This document shows, piece by piece, positions 1 to 9,457 of a stretch of 64,000 bases of DNA (its first letter is position 1; each line of letters begins with the position of its first letter). Origin of the DNA: Methanothrix sp. (GTDB lineage Archaea; Halobacteriota; Methanosarcinia; Methanotrichales; Methanotrichaceae); assembly GCA_037128175.1 (NCBI GenBank), contig JBAXWY010000002.1, positions 1 to 64,000 of the forward strand, written 5' to 3'. The notes below the pieces were generated by a model. The model ran no database searches and was not told the origin of the DNA. It saw nothing but the letters and a program-made list of their open reading frames with translations. A program made the position numbers and the translations under genes.

Positions 1-45
1 TTGCTAACCTCAGGTTACTATGTTTTTCCAGTTGTTAGTTAGTCG

Positions 46-207
<162 letters not shown>

Positions 208-460
208 AAAAGAAGAATATGTCGGAATCAACTGCTACATGTTTCATTTCTTATGGAAAGCTTTCTTGATTCGTTCCCTGGTTGCAAGAGCTTCCTCTTT
301 GGTTACTGCCCAAACGATGTTGCCGTTGATATCCACGGCGCCGCCATAAGGCAGCTGGTTTTTCTCCGAATCGTATCTTTGGCCAACTACTTCTTCCGTC
401 ATTCTTTTCCTCTATTCTGGTCTTGCTTCATGAAAAGAAATAGTTTTTCGTCGGATTCTT

Positions 461-679
461 TTATCCGCTCGCAGCCTCCACAATCCCGATCTCCTCCTCC
501 GTCAGCCCATAAAGCTCGTAGACCAGGGCGTCGATCTGCCCGTCCGTGGCCTCGATGCGCCGCTCTAGGGCAGTCTTTTCGTGAGGCGTGCCGGCTTCGG
601 GGAGCTGTTTATGTAAGGAGAGCATCTGCTCTACCAGGGAGACCAGCGAATCGTGGCGGGCGACGTCGGCGGGGTCGGA
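461..679 (-). pseudogene. Orphan duplicate of the C-terminal helical tail of the adjacent restriction-modification gene
   Basis: 475-679 matches 1355-1559 (205 bp, about 12 mismatches by eye); encodes SDPADVARHD...ELYGLTEEEIGIVE; no convincing start. Confidence 0.85.
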
Positions 680-717
680 TTGAACGAATTTGTAATTGCG
701 GACTAAATGGTGAAACG

Positions 718-767
718 GCGGCGGCGCACCCGCGCAGCAAGCTGCGGGGCATCCAAGGCGCCGCCGC
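718..767. repeat. Nested hairpin, IS200/IS605-end or REP-like
   Basis: gcggcggcgc...gcgccgccgc arms enclosing cgcagc-aa-gctgcg followed by gggcatc. Confidence 0.6.
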
Positions 768-800
768 ATGAAGGTGGAACCAGGTTAAGCTGATCCAAAC

Positions 801-1031
801 CTAAGCTGAATACGCATGCCCTTTATCCCCGATGCAAGCATCGGGGTATTGCTTTAAAAGTAAATCCGATGGCAATGGTGGATGGGGACATTGAGTTGTA
901 ATGGGTGCTATGGTTACATCTAAATGACCTTCATAAATAACCAGTGCAGGTCTTAATTTTGTAGAACTAAGATCTGTAAACGGAAAGTGAACAAGAATAG
1001 TTCTTCCCTTTGGGACATTATGGCTGGACAT
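801..1031 (-). pseudogene. Truncated PemK/MazF-family toxin
   Basis: G.TILVHFPFTDLSSTKLRPALVI...IAPITT motif; only 76 aa, and the frame runs into a palindrome at 827-846. Confidence 0.8.
827..850. repeat. Perfect palindrome ccccgatgc-aa-gcatcgggg (IS200/IS605-end or REP-like)
   Basis: 9-bp perfect arms seen directly. Confidence 0.7.
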
Positions 1032-1036
1032 TCCAC

Positions 1037-1180
1037 CTAAAATATAACCTTAAGATCTTCAAGCGTGTAAATGTCAGGCTCGTTTTCAAGAATGCGTGCC
1101 AGGCTTCTTTCTGAGAGTCTCATGAGGCCCCTTGTAATTGCCCTATCTTCATCTATGAAATTCTCCCCGTTGGTAGACAT
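1037..1180 (-). CDS. Small putative antitoxin upstream of the MazF-like toxin
   Basis: 47 aa from ATG 1180, LSERSLARILENEPDIYTLEDLK acidic tail; ends 5 bp before the toxin start. Confidence 0.65.
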   Translation of the reverse strand: MSTNGENFIDEDRAITRGLMRLSERSLARILENEPDIYTLEDLKVIF

Positions 1181-1337
1181 TATCTCATTTCTTTCATTGA
1201 GGCTGTCTGAGCACGCCATATATCTCTTTACTTGTTGTTTTGGTATTTATATTGCTTGATTGCCCACGCTCTTTCAGTCGTTTCAGCTAGTGGGCCTTTC
1301 AAGCCAGCGATCCAAAGATCAATAGGCACAAATTTGC

Positions 1338-4300
1338 CTAGCGCTTGTCGGCTTCCTCCACAATCCCGATCTCCTCCTCCGTCAGCCCATAAAGCTCGTA
1401 GACCAGCGCGTCGATCTGCCCGTCCGTGGCCTCGATGCGCCGCTCCAGGGCAGTCTTTTCGTGAGGCGTGCAAGCTTCAGGGAGCTGTTTATGTAAGGCG
1501 AGCATCTGCTCCACCAGGGAGACCATGCGGTCGTGGCGGGCGACGTCGGCGGGGTCGGAGAAATCGATGGTGCGGATTGGTGTTCTTCGTACAAAGGCCA
1601 CAGAAAAGTTGAAACTATCTCCCTGAAGGTCAGTGCATACACTATGAATGTAAAGACGTAACGGCGAAGAATTCAAAAGGCCCAAAAGGTAGTATGTGGC
1701 ACGCGTGATAAGGTAAACTTTATGATTTGTGTAAGCTCCAGATTCATCGAAAGCAAACCTAGCACTTCCAGAGATCTCCGGCCAGAGTATCTTAGGGATT
1801 TCGAATTCATCATAGTATTCGCAGGATCTAAGTTCCCACCAATATTCGCCTTGGTTGCTTCCGTCTCTTTTAGCAGCAGCATCAGCAAATGGAATTAGAT
1901 GATTAGCTATCGCAGGATAATTCTTCATCAGCCAGTCTAGAGAATCGCTACTTTCATCCATCTTCTTGCGAGTCCAACCTTTGGGCATAAATATCAGATG
2001 TTTATCGCTAACCGGAGGTTGGTATCTCTTGATGTATCTTCCCATAAGGAATGGCTTGATTACTTCAGCACTTCTTGGATCTTCTGCAATTAATTTGTTC
2101 CGCGTCGGTTCATCAATAATGAAAGCCTTATCCAAGCCAGTGAGCACGCCTAGATAGATCTTTCCATTTACGAATTCACCAAGAGGCATGCCTTTCGATA
2201 GTAGTTTATTGATCAATGCCTGCGTGTTTTCATCCGCTAGAGTCCAGCCAATATCCTCAAGCGCAGCTTGATTAATGTGGTAGCAGTGCTCACTGACATA
2301 ATTGTCTAAATCTGAAAAATCAAGGTTTTCGACCTGGGTTACCCGGAAACTTGTATTGGCTTCACGCTTAATGGTGCGGATTATGCATGGGTAGGTTGTA
2401 GCACCCTGGAAAACAGGCAGATCTCCAAAATCAATTATCTCGTCTATATGCTGTGTTTTGAGCCATCTACGCAGAGGCTCGCCGTATTTGGCACGCAACC
2501 ACTTATTTGCCACAATGTAGGAGAAGACGCCATCTTTTTTCAGGAGATATATCCCTCTTTCAATGAAGCAAACATAAAGATCAGCAATTCCACGGTACGT
2601 CTCATAATGCCGCTGGAAATAGCTCTTCATATCGCTTAATAATCCATGTCTCACATAAGGCGGATTGCCTATCACCACATCAAACCAGCCCTTCTGGAAT
2701 ACCTCAGCAAACTCCTTCTCCCAATCAAAGGGATTGATCCTCGCAATCTCCTCCGGCCCCAGGCCCGGATTGTCTTTCAGGATATCCCAGCCGACGAGCG
2801 AGTTGCCGCACTTGATATTCCGGCTCAAGTCGGGCAGCGCCCTCTCTGCAAAGAGCTTGAGTTGCTTGGATATCGTCTCCTCATTCTCGCCCTCCAGCAC
2901 CTTGAGCAGAAGAGAGAGCTTGGTCACCTCCACCGCCTGCCGGTCGATGTCCACGCCATAGATGTTGTTGAGCAGAATTCGCTTGCGCTCCGCCGTGGTC
3001 AGCTTCCATTCCTCTCCCTTCCCCAGGTAAATGGGCAGCTCCGGCTCCCGGCTGCGCCCCTTCTTGCCCTTCGTGGGCGCAGGTGCGGGCAGGAGCCGCT
3101 TGATTTCCTGCATCCTGCCGCCCTCCATCAGGGGCACCAGATTTTGAATGTACCATTCCTTATGCCAGTCCAGGAGATGCTGATAGGCCACAATGAGAAA
3201 GGAGCCCGAACCGCAGGCCGGGTCGAGCACTCGCAAGGCGGCGGCCTCCGGAAGCGTCTTTTCTTTGAGAAGCGGTGCAATCGTATTTTGCACAATGTAC
3301 TCGACGATGTAGGCCGGCGTGTACTTGACTCCGCCCGCCTTCTTTACCTCCGGCTTGTCCTCCACCACTGCGTTGTGGCCTTCATCCAGCCGGATGACCT
3401 GGCCCAGGAATTGCTCATAAATCTGGCCCAAAATCTCAGCGGGAAGGACGGAGAACTCGTAAGGGCTCTCCGGGAAATAGAGGCGCTTGATGATATTCTT
3501 CAGGGTCTCATCATCGATCTCCAGCCCCGGTGTGATGGCGTCGGGATTCTCCCGGCCCGGCTCCTTGCCGAAATGAAAGATTCCCGAGTTGTAGCGATCG
3601 TCCGCCTGCAAGAACAACTCACAGAGCCTGGGATAGACCCGATCACCGCTCAGCAGGTCCTTGAGACGCATGTAACGTTCGATGCCCCGGTCCTCGCAGA
3701 TGCGCAGGAAAATGATCCGATCGATAATGGTCTGAACGGCAAAGTTGAGGCTTACCGTGTCTAGCTCGGAATTGTGCCGGGCAATGCTTTTGGCCAGCAT
3801 CTCCCGCCAATCCGAGATGTCGTCCAAAAGGGCAGCGTCCACCCTCTTTTCGCCCCGCTTTTGCGGCAGAGATTGCACATATTTATCGAGCGAACCATTC
3901 AGCACCGCCTCCCTGGAAAAGAGGGCGACAATCTCCGGCCACTTTTCTGCATATTGATCGTACCGGAAATACAAAAGCCGCGACTTCGTGGATTTATCAT
4001 CCTTGGAGGGGCGGGCCCGGCAGTAGTAGACCGAGAACTCCTCAAAGTCGGTGAGAATGGAGATGGCAAGATCAGCAGACCAGGCATACCGCCTTATCTG
4101 GTAAGCGGGATAGACACCGGATTCGATATTTATGGAGGGCCTCTTCACTTCCACGAAGAATTTCCTCTTGTCGAAGAGGCGAAAGCTGTAATCAGGACTC
4201 TTGATCTTACCCTCAACATCGACCGCATCCTCTTCCTTGACTTCTCTCTTATCGGCCCGGCATTCATGTTTATGGTAGACGTCCCAGCCCAGCGCCTCAA

Positions 4301-4421
4301 AAAAGGGATTGATGAACTCCGTTCGTAGCTCGGTCTCATTGTACTGGCTGGATCGATAGATATCCTGGTCACGCTCGAACTTCTCCATCAACTCGATGAT
4401 CTTCGCGGGTGCCGTTGTCAC
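1338..4421 (-). CDS. Type IIG/Eco57I-like fused restriction endonuclease and N6-adenine methyltransferase with TaqI-like specificity domain
   Basis: N-terminal PDY...FVEVK nuclease motif, LDPACGSGSFL (motif I), VIGNPPY (motif IV), C-terminal YELYGLT..EI tail; GTG 4421 follows GGAGG (ORF open to 4460). Confidence 0.92.
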   Translation of the reverse strand: MTTAPAKIIELMEKFERDQDIYRSSQYNETELRTEFINPFFEALGWDVYHKHECRADKREVKEEDAVDVEGKIKSPDYSFRLFDKRKFFVEVKRPSINIESGVYPAYQIRRYAWSADLAISILTDFEEFSVYYCRARPSKDDKSTKSRLLYFRYDQYAEKWPEIVALFSREAVLNGSLDKYVQSLPQKRGEKRVDAALLDDISDWREMLAKSIARHNSELDTVSLNFAVQTIIDRIIFLRICEDRGIERYMRLKDLLSGDRVYPRLCELFLQADDRYNSGIFHFGKEPGRENPDAITPGLEIDDETLKNIIKRLYFPESPYEFSVLPAEILGQIYEQFLGQVIRLDEGHNAVVEDKPEVKKAGGVKYTPAYIVEYIVQNTIAPLLKEKTLPEAAALRVLDPACGSGSFLIVAYQHLLDWHKEWYIQNLVPLMEGGRMQEIKRLLPAPAPTKGKKGRSREPELPIYLGKGEEWKLTTAERKRILLNNIYGVDIDRQAVEVTKLSLLLKVLEGENEETISKQLKLFAERALPDLSRNIKCGNSLVGWDILKDNPGLGPEEIARINPFDWEKEFAEVFQKGWFDVVIGNPPYVRHGLLSDMKSYFQRHYETYRGIADLYVCFIERGIYLLKKDGVFSYIVANKWLRAKYGEPLRRWLKTQHIDEIIDFGDLPVFQGATTYPCIIRTIKREANTSFRVTQVENLDFSDLDNYVSEHCYHINQAALEDIGWTLADENTQALINKLLSKGMPLGEFVNGKIYLGVLTGLDKAFIIDEPTRNKLIAEDPRSAEVIKPFLMGRYIKRYQPPVSDKHLIFMPKGWTRKKMDESSDSLDWLMKNYPAIANHLIPFADAAAKRDGSNQGEYWWELRSCEYYDEFEIPKILWPEISGSARFAFDESGAYTNHKVYLITRATYYLLGLLNSSPLRLYIHSVCTDLQGDSFNFSVAFVRRTPIRTIDFSDPADVARHDRMVSLVEQMLALHKQLPEACTPHEKTALERRIEATDGQIDALVYELYGLTEEEIGIVEEADKR

Positions 4422-4640
4422 TGATGCCTGTGCCTCCAATTTCTTTGCCCTCCGGCGCACTCATTAACCGCTCTCCCGAAAAAGCTTCTGGCAGGAACGC
4501 TGACGAAGCGAGACTTCTGGCTGTGGCAGAAGACTGCTCCTTTTTCGAAAAAATGAGTCCAAAAAGCATAATCTCTAAATATGGATAGTAATAAATAGGC
4601 GGATGCGTAAGTCAAGAAATGCCTGAATTACGGTGGCCAC

Positions 4641-5705
4641 ATGGATCATCTGGATGTTTTCGAGCGTGTAATAAAAATCTTCCTGGACAAAGACGGAAAT
4701 ATAAATATCCGTAATGTAACTCTTGTTATAATTGTATTAATAATAATTTCATCAATTTTCTTGATTATCCCCATTATTCACGGGAAATACTTGCCTGCGC
4801 CCAATCAACCAGAACTAATATCTCCGATCGAAGAACAAAAAGATGTTGAAGTCCTTCCAACATATTCCTGGAAAGGTGGCAATGATGAATCGCAAATCTC
4901 TTTGCTTCTTTCTCAAATAAACATCAACATGACTAATTTGCTTAGTCTAGATCCTGTGATAGAGTATAGTATTTATGTATCTGATAACAAAACAGAAATT
5001 GAGGCGAATTGTTTAGGATCATGCCAAGGAAATGAGTCATCCCTCCCAGTCTACTGTCCTATCAAGCAAAAATTGGGTGCCAACACAACATATTATTGGA
5101 AAGTAGTTGCAGATAACAACAATCGATTCAATAAATGCATTAGTGAAAGCCCTATTCGTACTTTCAAGACCAAGCCTGAACCGATCATTAATTTTAGCTC
5201 AGATAGGCTTGAAATCGTCCCGGGAGAAGAAGTGCATCTCAGTTGGAACGTAACAAATGTTGATCAAGTATGCTTGTATGAAAAGCCAGAATTCTCCGAG
5301 GGTTTTAAAGCCTATTACGATCCTAAACATGAAAAGATCGTAGCACCAACTAATAGTACAGAATACATATTAAATGCCCTTAATGCCGCCGGAGATCTCA
5401 ACAAGACAATAAGCATTTTCGTTAAAAAAATAATCCCTATAATATATTATTTTGGCGCGTTGAATCGTAGTACTGGTAATTACGGAGATAATGTAACATA
5501 TATAAAAATTGGTGAAAACGTCACTCTGGAATGGAAAGTGCTGAACGCAGATTCGGTATGGCTCGTACCAGGCCGCTTTGAGCCTTTTAATCTTAAGGAT
5601 TATCAAGAAGTTGCTCCTCTTAAAAACAGTACATATACTCTCTTTGCACAAAATAAAAATAAAATCGTACCCAGAAGCGTCGAAGTTAATATCATTGGAT
5701 CTTAA
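4641..5705 (+). CDS. Membrane-anchored extracellular protein with Fn3/Ig-like domains
   Basis: N-terminal TM helix, TTYYWKVVA, repeated V.L.W.V.N...P..ST.Y.L.A.N; AT-rich. Confidence 0.7.
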   Translation: MDHLDVFERVIKIFLDKDGNINIRNVTLVIIVLIIISSIFLIIPIIHGKYLPAPNQPELISPIEEQKDVEVLPTYSWKGGNDESQISLLLSQININMTNLLSLDPVIEYSIYVSDNKTEIEANCLGSCQGNESSLPVYCPIKQKLGANTTYYWKVVADNNNRFNKCISESPIRTFKTKPEPIINFSSDRLEIVPGEEVHLSWNVTNVDQVCLYEKPEFSEGFKAYYDPKHEKIVAPTNSTEYILNALNAAGDLNKTISIFVKKIIPIIYYFGALNRSTGNYGDNVTYIKIGENVTLEWKVLNADSVWLVPGRFEPFNLKDYQEVAPLKNSTYTLFAQNKNKIVPRSVEVNIIGS

Positions 5706-5786
5706 TGCACTTGCGCGTGCACAAATGAGACACCACAAAGCCGATATACCTCCTTATCTTAGCGCATAGCGAAAGGCGAGATTAAA

Positions 5787-7490
5787 ATGCTTATAGGAAT
5801 TGATGTGGGCGGCACCACCACCGATGCCGTTGTCGTGGATGGCAATAAGGTGGTCAAGACCGCATATGTGCCGACAGATCACGATAACCTGTTGAAGTGC
5901 CTGCTTTTGGCCTTGGACGAGCTGGTGCAGGGCATCGATACCGGCAAGATCGAACGAGTGGTCCTGAGCACTACCCTGATTACTAATATGATCGCTGAGG
6001 GCAAGACCGACCCCGTGGCTTTGGTGCTCATACCGGGACCGGGAACCAATCCCAAAGACTACGCGCTGGGCGAGAGCATTATCTTAGACGGTGCTATCGA
6101 TTTCCGGGGCAAAGAGATCGATCGGCTCAAAGAATCCCAGATCAAAGAGGCTGCCGCCCAGATCCGGGGGCAGGGCCTCTCCCGCGTGGCCGTGGTAGGA
6201 AAATTCTGCCAGAGAAATCATGCCCACGAGCTAAAGGTTGGCGAGATATTGGCCTTTGCTCTGCCGGGCAGCAAGATCGAGCTGGGGCATAAAGTCTCCG
6301 GCCAGCTCAACTTCCCCCGCCGGGCCGCGACAACCATGCTCACGGCCGCTACCATTGACAGCTATGAGCGTTTTGCCAAAGACGTGGCAAGAGCTCTCAA
6401 GGAACGCAAGATTTCAGCACCCGTCTACATCCTCAAGGCGGACGGTGGCACTCTGCCCCTGGACAAATCGGTACAGATGCCCGTGGAGACCATCTTCTCC
6501 GGGCCTGCCGCCAGCATTATGGGCGTTTTGGCGCTCACCAAGCCGGGCGAGAGCTGTGTGGTCGTGGACATCGGCGGCACCACCACTGATCTGGCTCTCA
6601 TCCTCTCCGGCAAGCCCCTCCTCTCTGCTAAAGGGGCGCGGGTTGGCTCTCTTCTCACCCAGGTGCGGGCCTTTGCCGTCAAGTCGGTAGCCATCGGCGG
6701 CGACAGTGCTGTAGCCGTCTCCAGTCAGGGCTGCGATCCTAGCACCAAGAGCTGCTGTGGCAGCCTGGCCGTCGGGCCGCACCGGGACGGCGCGCCGCTT
6801 TGCATGGGCGGGTACGGGCCCACGCCCACCGATGCTTTGCGGGTTTTGGGGCTTACCCAGATCGGTGACGCCGCCAAGGCTGAGAAAGCCATGCAGATCG
6901 TGGCGCAGGGCCTGGGCTGCACAGCCATGCAGGCCGCCCAAACGGTCATCGATGCCGTGGTGGACAAGATAGTCTTTGAGATAAATGAGATGTTCAGGGA
7001 ATGGGAGCAGGAGCCTGCTTATCGCATCTGGGAGATCATGAAAAAAGAGACGCTTTCCGCGAGAAGCGTGGTCGGCGTGGGCGGAGGCGCTCCCCCCCTC
7101 GTGCCGCTGGTGGCCGCCCGCCTGGGCGCAGCCGCCATTGTTCCCGAGTACGCTCCAGTGGCCAATGCCATCGGGGCCGCTGTGGCCCGGCCCACCTTAA
7201 CCCTGAACCTGCACATCGACACAGAGAAAGGCGAATTTAGCGTGGCCGAAGACGGTCTCATGGGCCGGGTGACAGACCAAAAGATGACTCCAGAAGATGC
7301 AGAGAGGCTAGCCCGGCGACTTTTGGCGGAGCGGGCGGCGCTTCTCGGCATCGGCGAGTACGCCAGCGAAGCCGAGGTTACTTACAGCGAGGTTTTCAAT
7401 ATGATTCGAGGCTGGTCAACCGTGGGAAAGCTGATGGACGTGCGAATGGAAATTCCGGCCGGTCTTCTACCCTCCTGGGGGAGGTGCTGA
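5787..7490 (+). CDS. Hydantoinase/oxoprolinase family protein
   Basis: IGIDVGGTTTD, SGPAAS, VDIGGTTTD, GGDS, PTPTDA, ANAIGAA. Confidence 0.9.
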   Translation: MLIGIDVGGTTTDAVVVDGNKVVKTAYVPTDHDNLLKCLLLALDELVQGIDTGKIERVVLSTTLITNMIAEGKTDPVALVLIPGPGTNPKDYALGESIILDGAIDFRGKEIDRLKESQIKEAAAQIRGQGLSRVAVVGKFCQRNHAHELKVGEILAFALPGSKIELGHKVSGQLNFPRRAATTMLTAATIDSYERFAKDVARALKERKISAPVYILKADGGTLPLDKSVQMPVETIFSGPAASIMGVLALTKPGESCVVVDIGGTTTDLALILSGKPLLSAKGARVGSLLTQVRAFAVKSVAIGGDSAVAVSSQGCDPSTKSCCGSLAVGPHRDGAPLCMGGYGPTPTDALRVLGLTQIGDAAKAEKAMQIVAQGLGCTAMQAAQTVIDAVVDKIVFEINEMFREWEQEPAYRIWEIMKKETLSARSVVGVGGGAPPLVPLVAARLGAAAIVPEYAPVANAIGAAVARPTLTLNLHIDTEKGEFSVAEDGLMGRVTDQKMTPEDAERLARRLLAERAALLGIGEYASEAEVTYSEVFNMIRGWSTVGKLMDVRMEIPAGLLPSWGRC

Positions 7491-7492
7491 AA

Positions 7493-8857
7493 ATGTCCTC
7501 CCAAGGCAAGTCCGGCAAGACGGGCCTCATATTCTTCCCAGCCTTTGACTGGGCCATCTCGCCCACTCACCCGGAACGAGAGGAGCGGCTGCTCTACACC
7601 CGTGACCAGATCTTCGAGGAGGGGCTGATGGACCTGCCCCAAATTGAGGAGTACAAGCCCCGCCTGGCCGGGGAAAAGGACGTGGCTCGTGCCCATTTCT
7701 GCGTTCCCGATGTGGGAAGCCAGGTGACAGAAGCGCACCTCATCGCCGCCGGCAGCACCCTGACTCTGGCTGATGCCCTGGAGAAGGGAGAGATTCGAAA
7801 CGGCTTTGCGCTGGTGCGCCCCCCCGGCCACCACAGCATGCGTGTGGTGCACGGCAACCGCGGCTTTTGCAATATCAACAACATGGCCATTCTGGTCGAG
7901 TACCTGAGAACCAAATACGGCCACAAGAGGATCGCCGTCATCGATACCGATGTGCACCACGGCGACGGAACCCAGGATATATTCTGGCACGACCCGGATG
8001 TGCTCTGCCTATCCTTCCACCAGGACGGCCACACCCTCTATCCCGGCTCGGGTTTTGTCAATGAAATGGGCGGACCACAGGCTCTGGCCAGAACGCTGAA
8101 CGTTCCCCTGCCGCCCGGCACCACGGACGAGGGCATTCACTACGTTTTGGACAATCTCATCCTGCCCATACTCAAAGAGTTCAAGCCCGATTTGATCCTG
8201 AACTCAGCCGGCCAGGACAACCACTACACCGATCCGCTGGCCAATATGCGCTTCTCGGCCAACGGCTACGCCCGGCTCAATGAAAAGCTCGCCCCCGACC
8301 TGTGCGTCCTGGAGGGAGGCTACGCCGTGGAGACGGCCTTGCCTTACGTGAACACGGGCATCATCCAGGCCATGGCCGGCCTCGATTACTCGCATGTCAA
8401 GGAGCCGGACTATGTGCCCGGTCGCTTCGTGCAGACCCCGGGGATGGCGCGGGATATCGAGCACACCGTGGCCCAGGTGCAGAATATCTGGGAGCAGAGG
8501 GACGAACTGACAAAAGATGCGCTGGAGAGATTAGGCGACTTCTACCGCAGGAAGAGGCGCGTCTTCTACGACACGGACATGATCAACGAGAACCAGGAAG
8601 AGGTAGTTCGCCTCTGCCCGGACTGCGCCGGTTACATGACGATCAATACCTCCGCCCAGCGCGGCTACGGCATTTTGAACAGCGCCTTTTGCGTCTCAAT
8701 TCCCCGCAAAGCCTGCTCCTCCTGCCGGGATGATGCCAGAGAGGAGTATGCAGAGCATGTGGACGACAAGAGGGTAGGTTATGTCTTGATGCAGGACAAG
8801 GACAAAGACAAGTTCAAGTTCTACAATAACATGACCCGAACGGAGAGGGGCTACTAG
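7493..8857 (+). CDS. Histone deacetylase/AcuC-family amidohydrolase with Cys-rich C-terminal extension
   Basis: HPE, RPPGHH, GFC, DTDVHHGDGTQ, SAGQD, LEGGY; CPDC...CSSC tail. Confidence 0.9.
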   Translation: MSSQGKSGKTGLIFFPAFDWAISPTHPEREERLLYTRDQIFEEGLMDLPQIEEYKPRLAGEKDVARAHFCVPDVGSQVTEAHLIAAGSTLTLADALEKGEIRNGFALVRPPGHHSMRVVHGNRGFCNINNMAILVEYLRTKYGHKRIAVIDTDVHHGDGTQDIFWHDPDVLCLSFHQDGHTLYPGSGFVNEMGGPQALARTLNVPLPPGTTDEGIHYVLDNLILPILKEFKPDLILNSAGQDNHYTDPLANMRFSANGYARLNEKLAPDLCVLEGGYAVETALPYVNTGIIQAMAGLDYSHVKEPDYVPGRFVQTPGMARDIEHTVAQVQNIWEQRDELTKDALERLGDFYRRKRRVFYDTDMINENQEEVVRLCPDCAGYMTINTSAQRGYGILNSAFCVSIPRKACSSCRDDAREEYAEHVDDKRVGYVLMQDKDKDKFKFYNNMTRTERGY

Positions 8858-8945
8858 CTCGGTTGGTGGGCAAAAGGGGAGCTGGAAGCGGGAAGCTTTC
8901 GAGGGCTTTCCGCTCTCTTCTTATTAATATTATGGTTTCGTTACG

Positions 8946-9344
8946 CTACTCGGTTCGTTTGATGACAATGGTATCAGATATCCGATTGAACAAACGCTGC
9001 CGGTTTATGCGAAGAGCATACCAGCCGATGAGGCAGTCGACGGGAAGCAGAAATGCCTTTCCAAATGACTCTACTGCTGCATCTCTAAATCGGATGCTCT
9101 CGCCAAGAGGGCCGGTTACGACTATGTTTAATAGCATCTTCCCCAGCGACTGGCCTCTATAACCCTCCAACGCAGTCCAATAAATGAATAATATTGCTGC
9201 CAGCAGAAGGACTCCGCTAATGCCTAACGCATCTATTTTTAAAACGATCGCAACTCTGTACCAGAGGATGCCCATAAGAAGAACATCGATCAACCAGGCC
9301 CAAAAACGATCGTTCCAGCTTGACAATACTATTATTTCATCCAT
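8946..9344 (-). CDS. RDD family membrane protein
   Basis: RFWAWLID, GQSLGKMLLNIVV, RQRLFNRISDTIVI. Confidence 0.85.
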   Translation of the reverse strand: MDEIIVLSSWNDRFWAWLIDVLLMGILWYRVAIVLKIDALGISGVLLLAAILFIYWTALEGYRGQSLGKMLLNIVVTGPLGESIRFRDAAVESFGKAFLLPVDCLIGWYALRINRQRLFNRISDTIVIKRTE

Positions 9345-9457
9345 AAGAACTCCTTCGAGATTGCCTGAATCCGTTCGTTATATTCTGATATTTCTAAATT
9401 GGTGTCGCAATCCGAACTGATCTCTTACCCCCCTAAAAGGTAGAGGCAGCCTGATGA

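Noticed and set aside
253-1612. Plus-strand ORFs 253-771 and 1232-1612 sharing a peptide
   Set aside because: Antisense shadows of the duplicated RM tail
2646-4328. Long plus-strand ORFs (372 and 184 aa)
   Set aside because: Antisense to the RM gene, no motifs
9422-9452. Weak hairpin resembling the IS605-like family
   Set aside because: Too degenerate; could simply be a terminator
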